Assembly (NCBI GenBank): GCA_963663475.2
Contig: CAXXJV010000001.1
Span: forward strand, 2,816,001-2,880,000
Direction of reading: 5' to 3'
From: Candidatus Cloacimonadales bacterium
GTDB lineage: Bacteria > Cloacimonadota > Cloacimonadia > Cloacimonadales > JAFGVF01
DNA length: 64,000 nucleotides
Below are positions 56,407 to 64,000 of the stretch, in pieces. The position numbers and the translations under genes were made by a program. Below the pieces are notes generated by a model, which was not told where the DNA came from, searched no databases, and saw nothing but the letters and a program-made list of their open reading frames with translations. Positions within the stretch are counted from its first letter, which is position 1, and every line of letters begins with the position of its first letter.

Positions 56407-57786
56407 TTAATCAATATTTTTATTGAATTTATCCTTTCCCATCATTAAAGAAGCTGAAAGAGGAGCAATTTCTTGAATCTTGAGAATTAGGAAATCAGAT
56501 AAGTCTTGAATTTCCCATTGGGCGTGTTTATCACTTCTTAGTCTACTAAAATGATATAATTCTCTCAAATTAGCTTTCATTACAACTCTAACCTTATGGG
56601 CATTTGTTAAGATATAAGGAGCTAGGGATTCATCTAAATTAGCATAGAGTTTAGCAATTTTATCATAGGCTGTTTGGAAGACTTCTGTTTGCTGTAATAG
56701 CTTCAATTGAGGAGGGATAACATAGCCATCACTCAACTTATATTGAGATTTTATTATGGTTGCCATTCTATGTCTTTTCAGCTGAGCATAACAAGATGCG
56801 GATATATCGAATTGGAATTCAAATTCAGCTGATTCAAAAGCCTTGATTGGAAGATGATATGCCTTCATATTGGCGAAAATAGATTTAAACATAGCTTTTA
56901 ATTGGGAGTAAGAAAGTGATTCTAAGTAGCTCTCAATTTTATCAATAGATTCTCCACAGTTTTCAAAAATATAGTAGGCTAAAATCTTGATATCAGGGTT
57001 AGGTGAATAGTAGTTAAGTTTCCAGTGATAATCATTATCAATTGCAGAAAGATCTGGGATTTGACCTTGAAATCTCTCATACTCTTCTGCCTCAGTATAT
57101 TTTATCACAGAAGGAGCAATTGATTTCACTTGCTTAACAATAGCATCTTTTAGTAACTTACCTTCTCTTACTCCACATCCATCAAGTCTTCTTAATAATC
57201 TTTCCAGACTACGGGCATTGATAGTAGTCCCCATCTGAGTGAGAGTTGCAAGAGGTAGAATATAACGAGCATCCTCTTTAGCCTTACCTTCTAAATCACG
57301 TTGACTAGCTTCAAAGTTACTAGCGATTAAATTTTCTTTAGCAACTTCATACATTTTTTCATAACTAGCAAAGAGAAAATCCATTAATTCAATATAATCT
57401 TCTTTAAGTTTTCCCTCTAATTCTTCAGGAATATAATAAGCAGAAGTAAAAGTAACATAGCGTTGCGATTTTTCTGTAAAAGAAGCTAAACGTGATTTTT
57501 GGATAAATTCAGTTAGATAGCGAGATACATCTAAGATATCAAGGTTAAAGACAACATGTTCAGCAATAGAGGAATGGCCCATTTCAAAGATGATTGAGTT
57601 ATTTGATTTTCTAGCTTTTTCTACTTGGCCAAGGGCTTGTTTCCTCAGAGTAGAAACATCTTTTTTACTCCTACTGATACGAGCATAAGCTGCTGAGATT
57701 ACTTCTGGTGTAGCCTGTGTTTTATCTAATTTATCTATTAAACTTTTATCTATGTTATAGCCAGCAACATTAATCTTCATATTCAT
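56407..57786 (-). CDS. thyX: Flavin-dependent thymidylate synthase, tandem-domain form
   Basis: GH.SIAEH, S.TEKSQRY, EDARYILP, NARSL; second repeat QLKRHR, AN.REL.HF..LR...HAQWEI. Confidence 0.88.
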   Translation of the reverse strand: MNMKINVAGYNIDKSLIDKLDKTQATPEVISAAYARISRSKKDVSTLRKQALGQVEKARKSNNSIIFEMGHSSIAEHVVFNLDILDVSRYLTEFIQKSRLASFTEKSQRYVTFTSAYYIPEELEGKLKEDYIELMDFLFASYEKMYEVAKENLIASNFEASQRDLEGKAKEDARYILPLATLTQMGTTINARSLERLLRRLDGCGVREGKLLKDAIVKQVKSIAPSVIKYTEAEEYERFQGQIPDLSAIDNDYHWKLNYYSPNPDIKILAYYIFENCGESIDKIESYLESLSYSQLKAMFKSIFANMKAYHLPIKAFESAEFEFQFDISASCYAQLKRHRMATIIKSQYKLSDGYVIPPQLKLLQQTEVFQTAYDKIAKLYANLDESLAPYILTNAHKVRVVMKANLRELYHFSRLRSDKHAQWEIQDLSDFLILKIQEIAPLSASLMMGKDKFNKNID

Positions 57787-58564
57787 CCTTTAAAATTTCT
57801 TTAGTAGCACTTGCCCCAATTCTATTAGCACCAGCTTTTAACATCTGAATAGCTGTTTCTCGATTTCTGATTCCACCAGCTGCTTTAACTCCAATTTTAG
57901 GTCCAACTACATCTCTCATTAGTTTAACATCTTCAACAACTGCACCACTTTTATTAAAACCTGTTGATGTTTTAATAAATTCTGCTCCAGCTTTTTTAGA
58001 AAGAAGACTTGCAATTATAATTTCTTCCTTAGTTAAGAGACAGTTTTCAAAGATAACTTTTAATAGAGCTCCCTTATCAGCACAAGTTTCAGAGATAGCT
58101 CTTATTTCTGCAAGTACTTGAGAATATTTTTTATCTTTTAGCCAATTAACTTTAATTACCATATCAATTTCGTTTGCACCATCTTGAATGGCCTGACTAG
58201 TCTCAGCAACAATTGTTTGAGTTAGTGAATTTGATAAAGGAAAACCCACTACGGAGCAAGTTAAAACTTTTTCTAAGCTCTCAGATACAAGATTAACATA
58301 TAAAGGATTGACACAAACAGATTTAGTAAGATAATAATCAGCTTCTTTACAAATAGTTTTTACAGCCTCTTCACTAGCTTCAGCTTTTAAGATTGTGTGA
58401 TCAATATATTGGGCTAAATGTAGAAAATCACTAGCTACTTGATCTTTATCATTAGCTCTACATACTCTACAATCTAAGCATACTTGATGTTGTCCCCCAC
58501 ATTTACATGGTTTAGGGTCACTAATACCTAAAACATCTATAGCGATTTTTCTTATATCTTCCAT
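57770..58564 (-). CDS. deoC: Deoxyribose-phosphate aldolase with N-terminal extension
   Basis: IDHTILK, VVGFPL, EIDMVI, LKVIFE, FIKTSTGF, VKAAGGIR, RIGAS. Confidence 0.95.
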   Translation of the reverse strand: MEDIRKIAIDVLGISDPKPCKCGGQHQVCLDCRVCRANDKDQVASDFLHLAQYIDHTILKAEASEEAVKTICKEADYYLTKSVCVNPLYVNLVSESLEKVLTCSVVGFPLSNSLTQTIVAETSQAIQDGANEIDMVIKVNWLKDKKYSQVLAEIRAISETCADKGALLKVIFENCLLTKEEIIIASLLSKKAGAEFIKTSTGFNKSGAVVEDVKLMRDVVGPKIGVKAAGGIRNRETAIQMLKAGANRIGASATKEILKDEYED

Positions 58565-58576
58565 TTCTCCTTCCTT

Positions 58577-59632
58577 TTAGTTTTTACTTGAACCTGCTAA
58601 TTGTCCACAGGCCCCTTTTATATCATTACCCCTACTATCTCTCTGGATAATAGGACATTGAAGTTGTGATAATTTTGCTTTAAATTCTTCGATTGCCTTT
58701 TCATTGGGTGCTTCATAATCAAGTCCTTCTATAGGATTCCAGGCAATTAGATTTAGCTTACATGATTGATCTCCCAAGAATTTTAAAAGAGCTCGCACAT
58801 CATCATTACCCATATTGAAATTCTTAATCATTACATATTCAAAGGTTACCTTATAAGAAGTCTTATGTCTGAAATCTAGTAAAGTCTTTTTTAAATCAGA
58901 TAAAGGGAAGATTTTGTTAATAGGCATGATCTCATCTCTTTTACTATCAATAACAGCATTAAGAGATACAGCTAATTTCACCTTGATATCTTCATTAGCA
59001 AGAAGTTTAATTTTGGGAATAACTCCGCAAGTAGATATTGTTATTTTGCGAGAAGAAAGGTTAAGTGCTTTTTCATCTGTGAATATTCTCACAGTTTGCA
59101 CAACATTATCATAATTATCAAGAGGTTCTCCCATTCCCATAAAGACTACATTAGTTAGTTTTCTATCTTTTATGTACTTCTTTGCTAACAGGACTTGTCC
59201 AACAATTTCACCAGTTTGCAGATTACGTTTAAGACCTAATCTACCTGTAGCACAGAACTTGCATTTTCTAGCACAACCAACTTGCGAGGAGATACATAAA
59301 GTAGCAGTCTTTTCACTGGGCATCAAAATCATTTCAATCTCTGAATGATCCCATAATTCTAATAAGAATTTTACTGAGCCATCCTTTGATTTATAAGATT
59401 CTTTCACTTGGGGCAGATTCAAACGGAATCTTGCTTTTAGTTGAGCTCTCAAATCTTTTGAAAGGTTTAACATGTCAGAAAAGTCATAAACTTGTTTATC
59501 ATAAACCCAGTCTAAAACTTGACTTGCTCTAAATTTACTCTGTCCTAAATCCTGAATAGCTTTGTAAAACTCAGCAGGAGTTAGGTCCAGAAAGTTAATA
59601 AGTTCCGGGGATTGAGCTGATATCTTCATCAT
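58577..59632 (-). CDS. rlmN: 23S rRNA m2A2503 / tRNA methyltransferase RlmN (start uncertain)
   Basis: CISSQVGC...C.FCATG, FMGMGEPLDN, RG.DI.GACGQL. Confidence 0.95.
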   Translation of the reverse strand: MMKISAQSPELINFLDLTPAEFYKAIQDLGQSKFRASQVLDWVYDKQVYDFSDMLNLSKDLRAQLKARFRLNLPQVKESYKSKDGSVKFLLELWDHSEIEMILMPSEKTATLCISSQVGCARKCKFCATGRLGLKRNLQTGEIVGQVLLAKKYIKDRKLTNVVFMGMGEPLDNYDNVVQTVRIFTDEKALNLSSRKITISTCGVIPKIKLLANEDIKVKLAVSLNAVIDSKRDEIMPINKIFPLSDLKKTLLDFRHKTSYKVTFEYVMIKNFNMGNDDVRALLKFLGDQSCKLNLIAWNPIEGLDYEAPNEKAIEEFKAKLSQLQCPIIQRDSRGNDIKGACGQLAGSSKN

Positions 59633-60458
59633 CTGGCACATACTTTATTCTTGCTTTCTTTTTAAATTCTTCTAAATCTATAACTTCCATTGACTGATCT
59701 TCAGATGAAAGATATACTTTTTTATTATAATAATCGTTTTTGAAGACATACCACATTTGTTTATGAAGCAGGGCTTTGGTTCCAATAATTGGGAAATCTT
59801 TAGCTATTTCTTCATAATATTCTTCTTCAAATTGCAAACAACACAAGAGCCTACCGCAAGGTCCAGATATCTTTGAAAGATTACCTGCCAGATTTTGATC
59901 TTTAGCCATTTTGATAGTTACTTGGTTAAACTTGCGCATGAAAGAAGCACAGCAGTAAACTTTACCACACATACCAAAACCACCCAAGAGCTTTGCTTCG
60001 TCTCTACCAGTAGTTTGGTGTAGCTCAATTCTGGTCTTGAAGATATTAGCTAATTCTCTTACAAAGAGACGGAAGTCAATCCTACCATCTGCTGTAAAGT
60101 TGAAAGTAAGCTTATTCCCGTCATATTGATAAACAGTACTAATAAGTTTCATTTCAAAATCATACTTAGCTAAAATTTCTAAGAAAGTAGAAGAAGCTTT
60201 TTCTTCCTTATTCTGAATTATACTCAAGGCTTTCAAGTCATTCTCTTCAACCATTCTCACATATTTATATTCTTTATATTCACTTCTTAATTTATCAATT
60301 TGCTCTTGAGGTATATTAGTAGAAAGAATACTACAGAAGTCTATCCCTCTTTCTACCTCAATAATTATTGAATCATCAGGTCTTAATTCTAAATCCTTAT
60401 CAACAGTGATATAGGCAATTTTCCCTGAGCGAAATTCAATCTCTATATGTTTTGTCAT
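59595..60458 (-). CDS. ricT: PSP1-domain protein (RicT/YaaT family)
   Basis: F.FTADGRIDFR..VRELA..FKTRIEL, G.CG...CC, KISGPCGRLLCCL. Confidence 0.88.
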   Translation of the reverse strand: MTKHIEIEFRSGKIAYITVDKDLELRPDDSIIIEVERGIDFCSILSTNIPQEQIDKLRSEYKEYKYVRMVEENDLKALSIIQNKEEKASSTFLEILAKYDFEMKLISTVYQYDGNKLTFNFTADGRIDFRLFVRELANIFKTRIELHQTTGRDEAKLLGGFGMCGKVYCCASFMRKFNQVTIKMAKDQNLAGNLSKISGPCGRLLCCLQFEEEYYEEIAKDFPIIGTKALLHKQMWYVFKNDYYNKKVYLSSEDQSMEVIDLEEFKKKARIKYVPDDEDISSIPGTY

Positions 60459-61531
60459 TAAGCTTCCTCATTTAAATATTGTTTTAAAAGTTCATGTTCT
60501 ATTTTGCTAAAGCCAACTTTTTTGTCAAACTTCAAAATTTCTAATTTACTACCCCGCATTTCTTGGTATTGGCAAAGGTTATCCTCACTAGATTTACTAA
60601 AAGAGAAAGAGAGAGAGTAATCTCTAATGATTGTAATACCCTTGCTGATAAAGAAATCTGATTCTATAGAGAGGCCAGCTTCGAACTTTGTCCATTCTCC
60701 TACATAACATCTGTTAAGACTTCCCTTATAAGGTTTTGAAGCATATGCTTGAAAAATACAGGCAGATATTTCTCCTCCTATATTCGATTTTTTACCGATT
60801 GAAACAGCATTTTTGATATTACTTCCAGCTTGAATGTAAGTTTCTTTACCAATATATGCAGGGCCTTCAATAGTTGAATTTAGGCCAATTACAGCTCCCT
60901 CATCGATGATTATTGGACCTTGAGAAGCATCTAGCACACTACCATGTTTAAGAATAGCATCTTGACCAATCCATACATCATAAGGGTTTATTACAGTAAC
61001 TCCTAACTCAGTTTCGGAATAATTATCTTTGTCATAAAAGAAATCTTGGAAATCTTGTCTGATACATTCATGGAGAGAATCAAGAATCTCATCTATAGAA
61101 GACCATAGTGGACCATTAATCTTTATCTTTTTGATGTCCTTAGATAGCTTATTTAGGAAATCCTGACTAGAGCAAGATTCTTCTTCTTTACTAGTAATTT
61201 TTAAGGAGATAAATTCATCATCTTGGCTTAATAAGAGAGAGTTATTATCTTGTTGATCTATCAAGCTAGCAAGTTCTTCATTGATTTTTAATCTTCCGTT
61301 AACGAAACACAAGTCTCCTTGGGGGATTTTGTTGATAACTTTATTATCAAATCTTTCTTTATATAATTCTTCTAAATGTTTATCTATGATTAAATATACT
61401 TCTTCAATACCTAAGTATCCTTCGATTTTCTGGCGAAGTTTCAAGACACCTGCTCTGATATCTAATTGAGATCTAAGAGGAGCTATCTTTGCATATTTTA
61501 ATTCTAAATCATCTACTATCAAGTACTTCAT
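60458..61531 (-). CDS. GlmU-like putative sugar nucleotidyltransferase with hexapeptide repeats
   Basis: PL....DIRAG..LR.K, DA..GPIII..GA.I.....IEGPAYIG, IGGEI. Confidence 0.75.
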   Translation of the reverse strand: MKYLIVDDLELKYAKIAPLRSQLDIRAGVLKLRQKIEGYLGIEEVYLIIDKHLEELYKERFDNKVINKIPQGDLCFVNGRLKINEELASLIDQQDNNSLLLSQDDEFISLKITSKEEESCSSQDFLNKLSKDIKKIKINGPLWSSIDEILDSLHECIRQDFQDFFYDKDNYSETELGVTVINPYDVWIGQDAILKHGSVLDASQGPIIIDEGAVIGLNSTIEGPAYIGKETYIQAGSNIKNAVSIGKKSNIGGEISACIFQAYASKPYKGSLNRCYVGEWTKFEAGLSIESDFFISKGITIIRDYSLSFSFSKSSEDNLCQYQEMRGSKLEILKFDKKVGFSKIEHELLKQYLNEEA

Positions 61532-62672
61532 TACTATTCCTTTTGGCGATTTTTTGTTTTTTCCCATGCCATACGAACCAATTAAATTGGCCAATAAAGA
61601 TTGTTAATATATTAAAGATTGTTTGAATAACCATCCAGACTGGATAGAAGAAAATCAATCTTCTATTAGATTTAAAGATGGGGTAAGCAAAATAAAACAT
61701 TTGCAATTCACCCACAAATTTTAAAGAGAGTGCTATTGTAAAAACCCTCCAATCAATAAAGAGATGTAAAACTATTCCTACATAAAAAATGAATAAACCA
61801 GCAAGAATTAAGAAAAATTCAGTATTCATTTTCAGCATTAGTTTTAAGTTAGAAAACCACCTACTATGTTGATTAAAAAGTTTTTTCCAACTTGTAATAG
61901 CTTTTGTTTTTACAAAAGAATCCTCAGCAAAGTTGAATCTTATCTTCATACCCTCTTTTCTCAGCAATTGCAAGAAATTGCAATCATCACCAGAGATAAG
62001 ATGATTTATTTTGGAAAAGCCTCCTACCCTATCATAAGCTTGCCTAGTATAGGCTAAATTCTGTCCTATAGCAGTAAATTGCTTACCTAAGGCGAAACCA
62101 CCTGCTAAACCAATATATAGACATAAAAGATCTATATGTTCAAATTTTTGGACAAATGAAGCTTTTTTCCAGTCAATTTCAGTAGCTGAATAGCCAGCAA
62201 CCATCGAAACATCGTCAGTAAAGGCCTGAACCATAGACTCAATCCAAGTTGATTTGGGGAAGCAATCAGCATCTGTTAATAGCAAAATCTCACCATGCGA
62301 ACGTGCAATGGCTTGACTTAGTGCATTTTTCTTAGGACTAATTGCTAATTCTCGATTTTCCACATTAAAATACTTAATAAAGGTGTATCTTTGGGCAAAG
62401 CTTTGGAGAATCTCTTCTGATCTATCATCTGAACCATCATTTGCAATAATAACTTCATATAAATCATTTGGGTAAGTTTGATTAACTAATAGTGTTAGTA
62501 ATCTTGGTAAAGTATTCTCTTCATTTCTACTAGCAATAATCACAGAAACAAGTCTTTTCTTAAAGTTTCTCTTACTTTTTAGGTGGGAAAAAGACCAAGA
62601 ATACATTACTGCTAAAAGGAAATAGAGGAATCCTGCTATTAAAGTTATATATGTAAGAATTGTTGCAAACAT
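61509..62672 (-). CDS. Glycosyltransferase family 2, membrane-bound
   Basis: SVIIASRNEE, NDGSDD, KKNAL, TDADC, SGDD, Q..RW; TM segments at both ends. Confidence 0.9.
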   Translation of the reverse strand: MFATILTYITLIAGFLYFLLAVMYSWSFSHLKSKRNFKKRLVSVIIASRNEENTLPRLLTLLVNQTYPNDLYEVIIANDGSDDRSEEILQSFAQRYTFIKYFNVENRELAISPKKNALSQAIARSHGEILLLTDADCFPKSTWIESMVQAFTDDVSMVAGYSATEIDWKKASFVQKFEHIDLLCLYIGLAGGFALGKQFTAIGQNLAYTRQAYDRVGGFSKINHLISGDDCNFLQLLRKEGMKIRFNFAEDSFVKTKAITSWKKLFNQHSRWFSNLKLMLKMNTEFFLILAGLFIFYVGIVLHLFIDWRVFTIALSLKFVGELQMFYFAYPIFKSNRRLIFFYPVWMVIQTIFNILTIFIGQFNWFVWHGKKQKIAKRNSNEVLDSR

Positions 62673-62680
62673 TCAATCTC

Positions 62681-64000
62681 CTAATTATTTAATTCATCAA
62701 CAATCAGAGGATTAGGATCATCATAGCGATAAAGGGGAGGGAAATTATATTTAAGTCCTGGTCTTTTTAGCTGGGGAAGTCTTAATCTGGAAGAGAAAAC
62801 TTCCTTGATACCCTCTTTTTTATTTAAGGTTCTAAAGCCAGTAACTGGATCTATATATTCTTCCACTATTGAGTTAGGACGCTTAAAATCATATCTGGCA
62901 TCATTTGCTGGAGGCATATTGCCATCATTATCATTAACGATTAATCTTGATAAGATACGAGCTGCAATAGGGGCACAAGCATAGCCACCACCAACTCCAT
63001 CACCAATACCATCTATTTTATGGCCAAGACTATCAAACTGAACAGTTAGAGAATCTCCACTTAGAACAGAATAATTATCAAAACCAGTCCAAACTCCCAG
63101 TACATACTTACCATTCATACCAATAAACCACGCATCTCTATAATCATCAGTAGTACCAGTTTTACCAGCTGACACCCAAGGATAGACAGCTCTATTTTCA
63201 GGACTATGGAATGAGGATCCAGCTGTTCCACCAGGCTTTGTAACTGATTTCATAAGGTCAGCCATAATATAAGCTACATCAGGTTCACAGACATGGATAG
63301 TTTCGGTAGTAGATGATTGGAGTAGATTTCCGTATTTATCATAAACACGGTCAATAAAGATAGGTTTCACCCTTCTACCTTGATTTGGGAAGGCAGTATA
63401 GGCAGTTATCATATCAATAGGTTTAAGTTCTGGGGTTCCTAAAGCAGAAGAATAATAAGGAGGTACTTTTATTCCGAATTTATCAGCTTTTTTAGCAACA
63501 GTATTTTTACCAATATCATACATTGTTTTAACTGCATAAATATTAAAGGAGTTTTTTAAAGCCTTTCTGAGTGTAATATAACCACCTTGAGTTTTGGTAT
63601 AGTTCAAAGGACGATATAAATATTTTCTTTCTAGTTTTTTTAAGGAATCAACATAAGTAGAATCAGCTAATAAAGAGTCTGGTGCATCTTCAAGGTGAGG
63701 TATTTTATCCCAACCAAACATTCTGATTCTAAAATCATCATCCCTAATAACAGTGGAGGCAGTATAGCCATTCTCAATAGCTGCAGTATAAATTATTGGT
63801 TTAATTGCAGACCCAACCTGTCTTCTTGATTGCATGATTCTATTTAGTTTAGAATGTTTGAAGTTTCTTCCACCTAGCATAGTTTTAACATGGCCTGTAT
63901 GGGCATCTAAGAGGAAGATACCTCCTTGCAGATAAGGCGTTTTTATATCTGTTGTATCAGGGTCAAAATCTGAATACTTGATTTCGTAGCCAAGTTCATT
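62681..64000 (-). CDS. Class A penicillin-binding protein (PBP1A-like), C-terminal transpeptidase part; 5' end outside the window
   Basis: Frame open to 64000; SAIK (SxxK), SFN (SxN), KTGTT motifs. Confidence 0.9.
   Translation of the reverse strand, partial: NELGYEIKYSDFDPDTTDIKTPYLQGGIFLLDAHTGHVKTMLGGRNFKHSKLNRIMQSRRQVGSAIKPIIYTAAIENGYTASTVIRDDDFRIRMFGWDKIPHLEDAPDSLLADSTYVDSLKKLERKYLYRPLNYTKTQGGYITLRKALKNSFNIYAVKTMYDIGKNTVAKKADKFGIKVPPYYSSALGTPELKPIDMITAYTAFPNQGRRVKPIFIDRVYDKYGNLLQSSTTETIHVCEPDVAYIMADLMKSVTKPGGTAGSSFHSPENRAVYPWVSAGKTGTTDDYRDAWFIGMNGKYVLGVWTGFDNYSVLSGDSLTVQFDSLGHKIDGIGDGVGGGYACAPIAARILSRLIVNDNDGNMPPANDARYDFKRPNSIVEEYIDPVTGFRTLNKKEGIKEVFSSRLRLPQLKRPGLKYNFPPLYRYDDPNPLIVDELNN

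Noticed and set aside
1545-62057. Numerous 60-120 aa ORFs antisense or out of frame to long genes (for example 1545-1823, 18220-18576, 31475-31813, 49810-50145)
   Set aside because: Shadow ORFs overlapping well-supported genes, with no recognisable motifs.

Overview
AT-rich bacterial chromosome segment, most likely Candidatus Cloacimonadota (inferred from several large secreted proteins ending in the NYPNPFNP...IYNLKGQKV FlgD-Ig/T9SS-like C-terminal domain, and from anaerobic amino-acid fermentation genes). Most genes are on the minus strand and are housekeeping or metabolic: folE2, apbE, ppdK, xerC, korAB-like, PMM/PGM, rdgB, pgi, an lptB-rpoN-lpdA-lipA-hpf-hprK-ptsH-ptsI cluster, tandem-domain thyX, deoC, rlmN and a partial PBP1A. 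There are also five large surface or secreted proteins and an AbiL/RloAB-type ATPase plus RloB pair. The most striking signal is non-coding. A miniature inverted-repeat element family ('family A') has 11 copies or fragments in 64 kb. It has CC(C)RAATGGTGC...GCATTATTTGGG ends and 5-bp AT-rich target duplications, and folds along its whole length into one hairpin with compensatory changes and strand-asymmetric G-T pairs. It occurs in 161-162, about 190, about 74 and 42 bp size classes, nests inside itself and inside a second TIR element ('family B'), and brackets accessory genes. A dense cluster of REP-like palindromes lies at about 40.3-40.9 kb. No transposase, rRNA, tRNA or CRISPR array was recognised.
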